Shown piece after piece: positions 29,896 through 39,940 of a stretch of 64,000 nucleotides of DNA. How positions within the stretch are numbered: position 1 is the first letter of the stretch; every line of letters begins with the position of its first letter. Under the pieces are notes generated by a model, which saw only the letters and a program-made list of their open reading frames with translations, made no database searches and was not told the origin of the DNA. The stretch comes from an uncultured bacterium (GTDB lineage Bacteria; Chloroflexota; UBA5177; JANWHV01), in contig CAWHAE010000012.1 of the NCBI GenBank assembly GCA_963827235.1, positions 544,001 through 608,000 of the forward strand, in the 5' to 3' direction. The position numbers were made by a program, and so were the translations under genes.

Positions 29896-31311
29896 CTAGG
29901 TCTGCTGAGGCATGCAACAGGCTTCGCGGGCGGATGCCGGAGGTGCCGAGCAAGGAAAAGGCAGCTCGGGCCAGACACGGGAATCGGGATCGGGCTCGTA
30001 CTCCCCGCTTGCCTCGCTCACGCTGTAGTGCCAGCCGGGTCCGTCGCGACGTACCGACTCCAGGGCGGCTACAAGGTAGTCGATGTCTTCATGAGTCGTG
30101 CCCAGACCAAGGCTCGCTCTGACGGCGCCGGGTACTCTATCCCGGTGGCTGGCCGCGATGTCGGCTCGAATCTGACCGGCATCCGCGTCGCTGATCTTGA
30201 TCAGGCTGGTCATGAGCGGATGAGCGCAGAAGCAGCCGTGCCGCACGCCCACCCCGTACTCGGCGCTGAGGATGGCAGCCAGATGACTGTGCCAGAAGCC
30301 GGCCAGGTTGAACGTGTGGATGCCTAGCGTGGGTACGCCGGCACGCGGCCACATGGCGTACTGCGTGATGCCGGGCACCTCCGAGAGCCTCCGGCGCGCA
30401 TAGGCGGACTGTTCGGCCTCTTCTGCCGCTACGCGGTCCATGCCGTACTCGCTGAGCGCGCGGCAGGCAGCGCCGATCGCCACGGCGCCAAGCACATTCG
30501 GGGATCCGGCCTCTTGCCGATCGGGCAGAGAGGTCCATAGCACGTCGTTCAGGGTGACGAACTCCACGGCACCGCCACCGAACAGGTGCGGCGGAGCTTC
30601 GCGCAGCCAGTCCGCGCGGCCGATCAGTGCCCCGGTACCAAAGGGAGCATAGAGCTTGTGGCCCGAGATCGCCAGGTAGTCCACGTTAAGGCGACGCATG
30701 TCGAGTGGCACGTGTGGAGCGAGCTGCGCGGCATCCACCAACACGCGGGCGCCATGTCTGTGAGCGACAACCGCGATCTGCTCGACCGGCCAGAGCTCCC
30801 CGGTGACGTTGGATGCGCCTGAAACGGCGACCAGCCGCGGGCTGGCCGGGAGGCTCTTCAACGTGTCTTCCAGTACTTGCGGCACGTCGCCCGGATCGCC
30901 CGGTACCGGCAGGTAGTGGACGCCGGCGTTACCCCTGCGCCACGGCAGCAGATTGGCGTGGTGCTCGGCGGCAAACGTCACCACGTGCGTGGAATTCGGT
31001 AGGCTGCTCGAAAGCAGGTTGATTGACTCCGTGGTGTTCCTGGTGAAGATCACGACGTCGTCCGGTCGGGCATTGACGAAGGCGTGCACCGAGTGCCGGC
31101 CCATCTCGTACGCCGCGGTCGATACCTGCGACTTGAAGCCGGCGCCGCGGTGGACGCTGCTGTACCAGGGCAGGAGAGCTTCGACGGCACGCACGACGTC
31201 GAGCAGAGCCGGTGTGCTGGCCGCGTAGTCCAGGTTCACATACCGGCAGGACTGCCCGGTAACCAGAGGTACCTGCTGGTCACTACCGACTAGAATGGGT
31301 CGCTGTCGCAT
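29896..31311 (-). CDS. Class V PLP-dependent aminotransferase / cysteine desulfurase (SufS-like)
   Basis: Start MRQRP at 31311, coupled to the GntR stop. NLDYAAST, EHHANLLPW, DAAQ, SGHKLYAPFG and VRHGCFCAHP. Confidence 0.9.
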   Translation of the reverse strand: MRQRPILVGSDQQVPLVTGQSCRYVNLDYAASTPALLDVVRAVEALLPWYSSVHRGAGFKSQVSTAAYEMGRHSVHAFVNARPDDVVIFTRNTTESINLLSSSLPNSTHVVTFAAEHHANLLPWRRGNAGVHYLPVPGDPGDVPQVLEDTLKSLPASPRLVAVSGASNVTGELWPVEQIAVVAHRHGARVLVDAAQLAPHVPLDMRRLNVDYLAISGHKLYAPFGTGALIGRADWLREAPPHLFGGGAVEFVTLNDVLWTSLPDRQEAGSPNVLGAVAIGAACRALSEYGMDRVAAEEAEQSAYARRRLSEVPGITQYAMWPRAGVPTLGIHTFNLAGFWHSHLAAILSAEYGVGVRHGCFCAHPLMTSLIKISDADAGQIRADIAASHRDRVPGAVRASLGLGTTHEDIDYLVAALESVRRDGPGWHYSVSEASGEYEPDPDSRVWPELPFPCSAPPASAREACCMPQQT

Positions 31312-32057
31312 CACGAGAACGGTCTCCTCCGGTTGGATGCCGGCCGCAGCGGCACAGTGCTCCACGGCGACGTGAGATGTGTCGAGAGGAGCTCCTGGCT
31401 GGAAAGCAGGCTGTCGATCACCATGGTCTGCGAGGCGCGTGCGTGGGCGACCATGACCTCGCGCGCTAAGTCCGCGTCGCCCTGCATGATCGCGCGCACC
31501 AGATCCTGGTGCTCCTGCACGTTGGCATCCGAGCGAGAGGTGCGCGCCAGACCCATGTGGTAGAGCCGTTCCGTCTGGTCGAGCACCTGCTCGAGCGTGG
31601 AAGTAAGCCGCCTGTTGCGGCTCGCGGTGGCGATGATGGCGTGGAATCTGGTATTGGCCTCCACGAATTGGGTAATGCTCTCCCGATCCTTGGGATCGTA
31701 GCCGATCGTGCTCAGCTCCATGAGCGTATGGAGCTGCACGGCGTCGGTGCCCAGGCTGGCGGCGAGGCGCGCCGCCTCGCCTTCCAGAAGGATGCGGAGC
31801 GAGAACCAGTCGCGAACGTCGTTGAGCGTGACGGGCGTCACGCGATAGCGGCGCTGGGTGGGCAGCTCCACGAGCCCTTCCCGTTGCAGCCAGCGCAACG
31901 CCTCGCGCACGGGCGTCTTGCTCAGGGCAAGGTCGTCGGCGAGCTGCGCTTCCGTGAACGGCATTCCGGGAGGCATCTCGAGCCCGATGATGCGGCGCTT
32001 GATCGTGTGGTATGCTTTCTCGTTCAGCGTGCGGCGAACCGCCGTAACAGCACTCAT
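31311..32057 (-). CDS. GntR (FadR/FCD) family regulator
   Basis: LSKTPVREAL HTH. FCD domain N.RFH..I...SRN and EH. Confidence 0.92.
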   Translation of the reverse strand: MSAVTAVRRTLNEKAYHTIKRRIIGLEMPPGMPFTEAQLADDLALSKTPVREALRWLQREGLVELPTQRRYRVTPVTLNDVRDWFSLRILLEGEAARLAASLGTDAVQLHTLMELSTIGYDPKDRESITQFVEANTRFHAIIATASRNRRLTSTLEQVLDQTERLYHMGLARTSRSDANVQEHQDLVRAIMQGDADLAREVMVAHARASQTMVIDSLLSSQELLSTHLTSPWSTVPLRPASNRRRPFS

Positions 32058-32093
32058 CCTGGTCTCCGGGCAGCCAATATACCGTACTCAACT

Positions 32094-32127
32094 TATACTA
32101 TACTATACAGATAGCCTCTGCTATACT
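32094..32127. promoter_or_regulatory. Divergent promoter region with TATAC x3 repeats and an extended -10
   Basis: TATACTATACTATAC at 32094-32108. TGcTATACT at 32119-32127. Confidence 0.45.
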
Positions 32128-32235
32128 CTACTCGTCCGGCAGTATCGCGAGCAGACGCGTATACTACATCGGCCAGGGCGCGGCGGCTTGTGTGGGCTGC
32201 CCAGTTGTCCGAATAGCTTGGGGGTAAGGGAGAAC

Positions 32236-33576
32236 ATGGACCAACGCGACCGCAATTTAGAGACGCTTGCGACGCAGGCAGCCTCCTCGGGAATGAATCG
32301 CGCGACCTTCATCAAACGTGCCTTGGCGCTCGGAGCGTCGATTCCCGCCATAGCTTATGCTCTCGAGGCACTCGAGGGTCCGGCATCGGCGTACGCGGCA
32401 TCCAGCAGCCCGGTGCAGATCACGTTTGGCTCCTGGGGCAGCATCGACGAGCAGATCACCGCCAACGCAATCCTCAAGGTCTTCGAGGCGCGATACCCCA
32501 ACATCCAGGTTCAGCCCCAGTACACAGACTTCACCAGCTACTTCATTCGTCTCAACGCCGACCTGGCCACGAAGAGCATCCCCGACGTGCTGTTCCTGAC
32601 CTACGTCCCCACCTACGCTTCCAAAGGGGCGCTGGCCGACATCCGTTCTCTGGCCGCCAAGCACGGCAAGAACATTGCCGGTTATACGAACGCAGAGCTC
32701 TTCCTGTTTGAGTGGAACGGCGGCCTGTACGGCGTGCCGCGCGACAACGACACGAAGGTAATCTTCTACAATCGCAAGCTGTTCCAAAAGGCGGGCGTCG
32801 CCTATCCCAAGGACGGCTGGAGCTACGATGATTTGCGGGCAACCGCCCTGAAGCTGACGATCGGTAGCGGTGCGCGAGTCAGCCAGTATGGCTACGCCTA
32901 CGAGACCGACTTCTGGCGCCTCTGGCTGTGGCAGAACGGTGTGGAGCTGTTCGACAGCGACGCCACGCCCACCAAGGCCATCTTCAACACCCCGGCAGCC
33001 GCCGAGGCGCTGCAGTTCATCGGTGACCTGACGACCAAAGACGACGTCACTCCGCCTGCCTCGCAGATCGCCAGCTCGGCGACGATCGCCTCGCTGTTCT
33101 CGGGCGGCCAGCTTGCCATGGCCTTCGGCAACCACGCCCTGGTGCCCACGTTCAACAAGACGAAGGGCCTCGACTGGTTCGTAGTCGGCATGCCGCACTT
33201 CACCGGGCACAAGGTGGTAAACGCGACGGGCGGCGCCGGCTACTGCATCTCCAAGTTCGCCTCGAATCCGTCCGCGGCGTACCAGTTATGGGACTTCATG
33301 ACCGGCCCCATCGCCTCGCTCGATTTCGCGGCCGGCGACGACATCGTGCCGCTCAGCCCCGAGGTGCTGAGCTCGTCGACCTGGACCAGCAAGCCGTACA
33401 ACAAAGTATTCACCGCCCAGACCAAGCTCGGGCATGACTTCCCGTCCTTTGCCAACGTCGGGCCTGTCTTCAGCGCCATCGACTCGGCTCTACAGCCGAT
33501 CTGGATTGGCGAGCAGACGGCAGCGGAGGCCCTGCCCAAGGCAGCGGCCGCCGCGCAGAAGCTGCTGCAGGGGTAG
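32236..33576 (+). CDS. Sugar ABC transporter substrate-binding protein
   Basis: RBS AAGGGAG, Tat-like NRATFIK leader, PDV and IFYNRKLFQKAGV. Confidence 0.9.
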   Translation: MDQRDRNLETLATQAASSGMNRATFIKRALALGASIPAIAYALEALEGPASAYAASSSPVQITFGSWGSIDEQITANAILKVFEARYPNIQVQPQYTDFTSYFIRLNADLATKSIPDVLFLTYVPTYASKGALADIRSLAAKHGKNIAGYTNAELFLFEWNGGLYGVPRDNDTKVIFYNRKLFQKAGVAYPKDGWSYDDLRATALKLTIGSGARVSQYGYAYETDFWRLWLWQNGVELFDSDATPTKAIFNTPAAAEALQFIGDLTTKDDVTPPASQIASSATIASLFSGGQLAMAFGNHALVPTFNKTKGLDWFVVGMPHFTGHKVVNATGGAGYCISKFASNPSAAYQLWDFMTGPIASLDFAAGDDIVPLSPEVLSSSTWTSKPYNKVFTAQTKLGHDFPSFANVGPVFSAIDSALQPIWIGEQTAAEALPKAAAAAQKLLQG

Positions 33577-33596
33577 GCCGGCACTCCGGTGAGGAC

Positions 33597-33627
33597 ACGG
33601 TGGGGGCTGCTCTGCAGCCCCCACCGT
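33597..33627 (+). terminator. Intercistronic hairpin after the SBP gene (mRNA stabiliser or attenuator)
   Basis: 14-bp perfect stem ACGGTGGGGGCTGC/GCAGCCCCCACCGT. Confidence 0.6.
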
Positions 33628-33655
33628 CGCCGCCGGTGCGCTGCTTGAGCCGCTG

Positions 33656-34609
33656 ATGCCAACTGATGCGCGATCAACATTTCGCTCGCGCCTGGCGCGC
33701 CGTGCCGGCCACCGGGAGGGAGCGTACCGGCGGGGCGATGGACGGGTAGCGATTCTGTTTCTGCTGCCGGACTTCATCCCGTTCGTCATCTTCACGGTGC
33801 TTGGGGTTCTGGCCACGTTCGGCCTCAGCTTCTCGCACTGGGACCTGATCAACGCACCCAGCTTCGCCGGCCTGGACAACTACAAGTACCTCTGGGACGA
33901 CGACCTGTTCCGCAAGGTATTCTTCAACACGCTCTACTACACGCTGGGCGTGGTGCCGCTTGCCACGGCGCTCGCCCTGCTCGTTGCCGTCGGCCTCAAT
34001 CTCAAGCTGCCGGGATCGCTGGTCCTGCGTACGGCGTACTTTTCGCCCTACATCACCACGCTGGTGGCGGCCGCGCTCGTCTTTCAGTGGATCTACGATC
34101 CCCGCGCGGGGCTGATCGATAGCGTGCTCTACGCTCTTGGCGTTCCCAATCCGCCCGGTTGGCTCAACAGCACGACCTGGGCCATGCCGGCGCTGATCAT
34201 CTTCGGCGTGTGGCGGCAGATCGGCTTCAACATCGTGCTGTTCTTGGCCGGCTTGCAGGGCGTGGATCGCTCACTGATGGAAGCAGCGTCGGTCGATGGC
34301 GCAGGGAAGCTGGGACAGTTCAGACACGTCACCCTGCCGCTGATCAGCCCGACCACATTCTTCGTGGTGGTGGTGACGACGATCGGATCCTTCCAGATCT
34401 TCGACCAGGCCTACGCTATGACAAGCGGCCAGTTCTACCCCGACAACGCCACCAACACGTTGGTGGGGTATTTGTTCCAGCGGGCCTTCGTCTTTGCCGG
34501 CTCGAACATGGGCCTCGCCTCCGCGGTTGCCTGGGTGCTGTTCATGCTGGTGTTCGCGGTGACCATGGTGCAGTTCACGATGCAACGACGCTGGGTGCAC
34601 TATGGTTAG
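33656..34609 (+). CDS. Sugar ABC transporter permease
   Basis: TM segments and LMEAASVDGAG. Confidence 0.92.
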   Translation: MPTDARSTFRSRLARRAGHREGAYRRGDGRVAILFLLPDFIPFVIFTVLGVLATFGLSFSHWDLINAPSFAGLDNYKYLWDDDLFRKVFFNTLYYTLGVVPLATALALLVAVGLNLKLPGSLVLRTAYFSPYITTLVAAALVFQWIYDPRAGLIDSVLYALGVPNPPGWLNSTTWAMPALIIFGVWRQIGFNIVLFLAGLQGVDRSLMEAASVDGAGKLGQFRHVTLPLISPTTFFVVVVTTIGSFQIFDQAYAMTSGQFYPDNATNTLVGYLFQRAFVFAGSNMGLASAVAWVLFMLVFAVTMVQFTMQRRWVHYG

Positions 34610-35486
34610 CCGCACCGGTCTCACGACGACGGCACCGCGCCTGCAGGAGAAACGGCCGCGCGCCCGCACGATCGCGTTTCGCTTACTGATCTGGCTGCTG
34701 CTGGCAGCAGGTGCCGCGATGGTATTGACGCCGTTCGTGTACATGGTGGCCACGTCGCTGGAGACTAACGCGCAGATCGGCTCCCTCACGCCGCAGTTCA
34801 TTCCGCAACCGTTCGAGTGGGGGAACTACCAGAGCGTTTGGGAGCAGTTACCGATCGGCCGCTTCTTCGTCAACAGCCTGATCGTGGCCGGGTCGATCAC
34901 TTGCTGCCAGGTGATTACCGCCTCGTTGGCCGCTTACGCCTTCGCGCGCCTCCGATTTCCCGGACGCAGCGCGCTGTTCGCAGTCTACCTCGCCACTCTG
35001 ATCATTCCGTTTCAGGTAACCCTGATCCCGAACTACATCCTCATTCACTACCTGGGCTGGCATAACACCTACCAGGGCATGATCGCGCCCTTCGTGTCCA
35101 GCGTGTTTAGCACCTTTCTCCTGCGCCAGTTCTTCCTGACCCTGCCCGCGGATCTCGAGGAGGCGGCGCTGCTGGACGGCGCCGGGCACTTCTCGATTTA
35201 CGCGCGGATCGTGATGCCGCTGGCCAAGCCGGCGCTGGCGGCCCTGGTGATCTTCGCCTTCCTCGGCTCCTGGAACAACTTCCTCTGGCCGCTGGTAGTG
35301 GTGGACACGGAATCGCTGAAGACGCTGCCGCTCGGGATTATCGAGTTCCAGAGCCAGTACACCATCCAGTGGAACCTGCTCATGGTCGGCGCGTCGCTGT
35401 CGCTGATACCGGTGCTGATCGTCTACGTGATCGCGCAGCGCTGGATCGTCGAGGGAATCGCCCTGACCGGCCAGGGCGGCCGCTAG
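34602..35486 (+). CDS. Sugar ABC transporter permease
   Basis: LLRQFFLTLPADLEEAALLDGA. Confidence 0.92.
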   Translation: MVSRTGLTTTAPRLQEKRPRARTIAFRLLIWLLLAAGAAMVLTPFVYMVATSLETNAQIGSLTPQFIPQPFEWGNYQSVWEQLPIGRFFVNSLIVAGSITCCQVITASLAAYAFARLRFPGRSALFAVYLATLIIPFQVTLIPNYILIHYLGWHNTYQGMIAPFVSSVFSTFLLRQFFLTLPADLEEAALLDGAGHFSIYARIVMPLAKPALAALVIFAFLGSWNNFLWPLVVVDTESLKTLPLGIIEFQSQYTIQWNLLMVGASLSLIPVLIVYVIAQRWIVEGIALTGQGGR

Positions 35487-35581
35487 CACGGCGCACCGTG
35501 GCCGCGATGCGCGGCGAGCTCCAGACCTGCCGGCCGCTGGTGGCGCCTCGCGTGCCGCTGGGCGCGGTATCCACGCGGTGA

Positions 35582-38212
35582 TCAGCTAAAGCGGCCGAGT
35601 ATCTTGTCCGGGTGGGTGTGACCCAAGTCGTCCATGTGCATGACGAGCAGTGCTTTCTCGACAGGGTCGCCGACCCCCAGGGCATTGGCGTCGGCCGGCG
35701 ACGGTGGTGTCTCGTTGAAATGGACCAGCCCAGACACTCCCTGGTAGGTGATGCTCGCGACGGCACCGCGAAGGCTCGCGCGCGTCACGGACGTGCCAAG
35801 CTGCTCGATTGCCTTCGCCGTCAGCTTCACCGCATCGTAGAAGAGCGCCGCCTCCGACGGCACGCGGGCGTAACCATAGCCGTTCGGCTTGCCGGGGGCG
35901 CGGAAGTTGGTTGCGTATTCGCTCTTCATCGCCGCGCTGATCTGGGCGGCGCTACTGTTGCGCGGCAGCAGGCTGTCCTCATCCGGATAGAAGTAGCCGG
36001 TGAAGCGGTAGCGACCCTTGAACACGTTGCCATAGGCTATGAACTCGGCCGGGTCGTAGAACGCGTCGTCACTCAGCACCGGCGTGGTGCGATTGCCCAT
36101 TGTGTCGAGTGCCTGCCCCATTTGCAATCCGTCGCTGGCATAGCCAGCGAACACAATCAGGTCCGGAGTGCTGCTCAGCTGCTTCAGCATGGCCAGGTAC
36201 TGTTGTGCCGAGGTGCCGGCGGCGGAGCCGCTCTGTGCCGTGTAGTCCTCCTGTACGAGGTTGGCGCTGCCGGCCATGTCGGTGCTAAAGATCGTGGCCA
36301 GGCCGTTGCTGTACGAGTCGTCAGGGTCGCGGAACACGACGATCGTGGGGTGTGCTTTGCCGGTCAGGAAGCTCTTCGCGTAGTTGGCAAGATCTTGCCC
36401 CTGCACGGTGTCGCTGGGGCAGATGCGGAAGAAGTAGGTGCTGCCATTCAGGCTCGGGCTGCTCGACGTGGGCGTGATCGTGGTGATGCCGGCCTCAGCC
36501 AGGTAGGCAAGAGCGGCCTTCGTGCGGCTGCTGGAGGAGTAGCCCAGAAAAGCCAGTACGTTGCTATCAGCCGCCGCTGCTTTCGCGGCTTCCACCGCGC
36601 CGCTGGCCGTGCTGGCGTCATTGGCCAGATCCAGCACGAGCTTGCGGCCGCCGATTCCCCCTTGCAGGTTAATCTCATGCTGAGCCGTGTAGGCACCCTG
36701 CAGCGCGAAGCGGCCCGTCGTGATCTTCGGTCCGCTGAACGAGCTTCCCACGGCTATCGTATAGTACGGCTGCCCGCTCAGGAGGATGCCGGCGTTCTCG
36801 GCGTAGATCTCGCTCTCCGCGTCGGTCTGGTCGTTCGTGCTGGCTTGCTGGTAGAGCGCTTCTGCCCGGCTGATATTGCCGTTCTTCCACTGCACCGAGG
36901 CGTCCTTCTTCGCCTTCGCCCAGGCCGTGGCGTCCGACGCGCTGCCGATATTGTTGTTGGCCGCGGTGGGCAGACGTCCCGTGGTGTCCGTGTCGAACGC
37001 CACCCGGCCGGTGCTCACGGCTCCGGTTGGGGGCAGCGAGGCCTGCTGCTGCTCGTACACGGCCGCACCGCCGCCCACGGCAATCAGCACGAGCACCGCG
37101 GCGACGAGGGCAAACACCTTGCTTCGCGCCGAGGAGAGCAGCCCCTTCGGGGCCAACAGGGCGTCCACGTGTGCCTTCATCTCCGCAGCGGAGCTGTATC
37201 GGTGTGCAGGGTCGTTCTGCAGCGCCTTCTCGACGATATGGATGGTGGCATCGGAGACGCTTGGATTGAGCTGCTTGATGGGCGGGTAGGAAAACAGCGG
37301 TTCCACGCCCTGAGGATTGCGGCCGGTGAGCAGCTGGTGCATGGTCGCGCCGAGCGCATAGAGGTCCGAGAGCGTCGTCTCCTTGGCTTCGAACTGCTCG
37401 CGGGGCGCGTAGCCTGGGGTACCCATTGCCGTGGACGACGTGGCGCTGCCGGCCACGTGCTTACCCACGCGGAATTTGTGCGACGCCACGCCGAAGTCGA
37501 CGACGCGTACGCGGTTATTGGGCTCGACGATGATGTTGGCCGGCTTGATGTCGCGGTGGATCACCTGCGGGTCGAGGCTCTCGAGATAGGCGAGGACGGA
37601 CAGAACCTGCGACACCCAGCCCAGTACCAGTTTCTCCGGCAGGCCCTTGCCGCCGGCCTGATCGAGCCGCTTCTGCAGGTCCTCGCCGTCGATGAATTCC
37701 TGAACGATGAAGTGGTAGCCCTGCTCGGTGAAGAAGTCGCTGATGTTCGGGATGTTGGGATGGCTCATCGAAGCCAGCGTCTTCATCTCTTCCTGAAACG
37801 CTTCTTCGGCTGCGATGCGCTCTTCTTCCGTGGAGTAGTTGGGCAGGAGCTGCTTGATCACCACGGGCTTGTTGTTCACCCTGGTGTCGTGCGCGAGGAA
37901 GATGCTGCCCATTCCGCCCTTGCCCAGCGGCTTGTCGACCACGTAGCGGACGCCATCACCCAGTGCCATGCCCGCTGCGAGCGGCGTGCCCGTCTTGATC
38001 GTCCCGGCCACCTTGCCTTGGCCTGCGGCCGGCGTGGCACCGCCGGTGGCGGCGGGTTGCGCGGCGGGCTGGGCGACAGGCGCGGGCGCCGCCAAGCCGA
38101 GTGTATGCGTCGGTACCTGGAGTCGCTGCGTGAGACTGATGCCGCAGCCGTCGCAGAACTTACTGGCGGCAGGATTCACCATGCCGCACTGGGGGCAAGT
38201 GCGTGTCGCCAT
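35582..38212 (-). CDS. Ser/Thr protein kinase: zinc ribbon + kinase + TM + branched-chain-amino-acid-type binding domain
   Basis: CPQC..CDGC, GKGGMG, VIK, HRDIKPAN, DFG and GTPGYAPRE. One TM helix. LANDAS, GYSSS and YFFRICPSD..QG. Confidence 0.9.
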   Translation of the reverse strand: MATRTCPQCGMVNPAASKFCDGCGISLTQRLQVPTHTLGLAAPAPVAQPAAQPAATGGATPAAGQGKVAGTIKTGTPLAAGMALGDGVRYVVDKPLGKGGMGSIFLAHDTRVNNKPVVIKQLLPNYSTEEERIAAEEAFQEEMKTLASMSHPNIPNISDFFTEQGYHFIVQEFIDGEDLQKRLDQAGGKGLPEKLVLGWVSQVLSVLAYLESLDPQVIHRDIKPANIIVEPNNRVRVVDFGVASHKFRVGKHVAGSATSSTAMGTPGYAPREQFEAKETTLSDLYALGATMHQLLTGRNPQGVEPLFSYPPIKQLNPSVSDATIHIVEKALQNDPAHRYSSAAEMKAHVDALLAPKGLLSSARSKVFALVAAVLVLIAVGGGAAVYEQQQASLPPTGAVSTGRVAFDTDTTGRLPTAANNNIGSASDATAWAKAKKDASVQWKNGNISRAEALYQQASTNDQTDAESEIYAENAGILLSGQPYYTIAVGSSFSGPKITTGRFALQGAYTAQHEINLQGGIGGRKLVLDLANDASTASGAVEAAKAAAADSNVLAFLGYSSSSRTKAALAYLAEAGITTITPTSSSPSLNGSTYFFRICPSDTVQGQDLANYAKSFLTGKAHPTIVVFRDPDDSYSNGLATIFSTDMAGSANLVQEDYTAQSGSAAGTSAQQYLAMLKQLSSTPDLIVFAGYASDGLQMGQALDTMGNRTTPVLSDDAFYDPAEFIAYGNVFKGRYRFTGYFYPDEDSLLPRNSSAAQISAAMKSEYATNFRAPGKPNGYGYARVPSEAALFYDAVKLTAKAIEQLGTSVTRASLRGAVASITYQGVSGLVHFNETPPSPADANALGVGDPVEKALLVMHMDDLGHTHPDKILGRFS

Positions 38213-38558
38213 CACATGCTGCCACTTCCAGCGGCCCATCGACCGCCACTAGGCCTGCCCATAACAGAACGCTCGGTGCACCGGCCGCTCACGAGCTCCG
38301 GCTGCGCGAGCGATCATAGTGCTGTCATTTTACCGTTCCCTGGCCTGTACGCAATCCCGGACCATCGTCGATCGGGCGACGACGCCCGCGGCTTCTCCGG
38401 TCTGGTCGACTCGCGGACGCGGCGCGCGTTCCGGCGACCCGCTCCTAGCGACACCTGGGCGCGCCGGCCCTCGGTCGTAGAGTGTGCTCACCTGCCGGTC
38501 TGCTGCCCGGGACGGGCGCTCCTCGAGCACACGCGGCCAGCCGCGGCAGACGGCCGAG

Positions 38559-39686
38559 TTACTCGATGGGGAGCGCCAGCGACTGCCGCAGCGCGAGGAG
38601 CGGTAACAGCGAGAGCAGCACGAACGAGGCGGTGAGGCCCACGTGGTCGGCCAAGGCGCCGGTTGCCAGCGAGCCGAGCGCGCCGATTCCGGAAGCGAAG
38701 CCGTTGCTCAGACCTGCCGCCATGCCCTGGCGATGACTGATCAGCTGCTGCGCCATCACGACGGTGAGCGCAAAGGTGGAGAGCAGGCAGGCGCCGAATA
38801 CGGCGATCGCCAGCAGAGCCGGGAAACCGCTTAGCAGAAGGAAGAGCATCAGCAGCGGCGTGAGCGGCAGCATGGTCATGACCAGCACCCGGCGGCCACC
38901 AAAGCGATCGGCCAGCGGTCCGACCGCGAGGGTACCTGCTACGCCCGCGAAGAGGAACGCTGAGACGAAGACGCCGGGGCCGATGCCGTGCCCGGTTCTT
39001 TGCGCCCAGTAGGGCAGATAGAGGACCAGCCCGTTCTGAACCCAGGCACGAATGGCCACGATGGCGAGCACGTTGGCAACCACCGTCCAGGCCACGGCCG
39101 CCTCCGCGTCCCGTCCATGGCTCACATGCAGGGCGATACCCCGGCGCAACGGCGCGCAGGCAGTAGCCAGCCAGATCGTGACGACCAGGCCGAACGCGAA
39201 CAGCACTTCCGGCGCCACAGCCTGAACGTGATCGTGCAGCAAGAAGAAGAAGCCCGGGCCACAGGCGTAGCCAATGCTGCCGCCGACCGAAAACAAGGCC
39301 ATCGCGCTGGCCCGGCGGTCCCCGCTGAAGAAGGCGGCGGTCTTGGCAGCCTCCGGGTGGTACAGCGCGGATCCGCAGCCGCAGACACTGATCAGGGCAA
39401 GCAGCGTGAGGAAGTGCGACGCCCGGCTGGCTGCGCACAGGCCAAAGGCACAGAGGACGCAGCCGATGGGCAGCAACTCGGCCATGTGACGTCGATCCGA
39501 GAGATAGCCAAACAGCGGCTGGATGACCGAGGAGGTGATCGTGAAGGCGAGCGAGGCGAGTCCGATCAGGAAGTATGACAGGTGCAGCGCGGGGCGAAGC
39601 ACGAACAGCAGCGCCGGCAGCGCGCCGGAGTATACGTCGACCGTGAGATGGCCGAAACTGAGCATGCCGATTACCCGGCGATTCAC
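38559..39686 (-). CDS. MFS transporter (Fsr-like)
   Basis: GTG start after GGAGG. GH..VD.Y...LPAL, QPLFGYLSDR, YHPEA and GPLADRFGGRR. Confidence 0.88.
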   Translation of the reverse strand: MNRRVIGMLSFGHLTVDVYSGALPALLFVLRPALHLSYFLIGLASLAFTITSSVIQPLFGYLSDRRHMAELLPIGCVLCAFGLCAASRASHFLTLLALISVCGCGSALYHPEAAKTAAFFSGDRRASAMALFSVGGSIGYACGPGFFFLLHDHVQAVAPEVLFAFGLVVTIWLATACAPLRRGIALHVSHGRDAEAAVAWTVVANVLAIVAIRAWVQNGLVLYLPYWAQRTGHGIGPGVFVSAFLFAGVAGTLAVGPLADRFGGRRVLVMTMLPLTPLLMLFLLLSGFPALLAIAVFGACLLSTFALTVVMAQQLISHRQGMAAGLSNGFASGIGALGSLATGALADHVGLTASFVLLSLLPLLALRQSLALPIE

Positions 39687-39940
39687 TCGGTGCTCCCTCC
39701 GGCGGCGGACATGCGGCCCCACCAACTGCCATATCCACGGCCTCTGGCATGCCCGGGCGGCGCCGACAGTCGTGCGCCCACCGCCGCTACCGGCACGCGA
39801 TCAAAGCTGAAGTATACCGGCATCCGTTGAGTCGTAGAGATTGTGGAAGCGTGAGCGAGCCAGTGCGGTGCTGATCCGCCCGTGGCGTCCCCTCGTATTC
39901 CAAAGCCGGTGCGGCCGCGCTCGGTATCCCGCGTAGGAGC

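Noticed and set aside
31312-32091. Apparent N-terminal extension making a 731-aa desulfurase
   Set aside because: It overlaps the GntR gene in another frame. The real start is coupled at 31311.
8186-35486. Three CUT1 operons without an ATPase gene
   Set aside because: This is common. Such systems share an MsiK/MsmX-type ATPase encoded elsewhere.
35612-38635. 1007-aa plus-strand ORF
   Set aside because: Antisense to the kinase gene, with low-complexity Arg/Gly composition.
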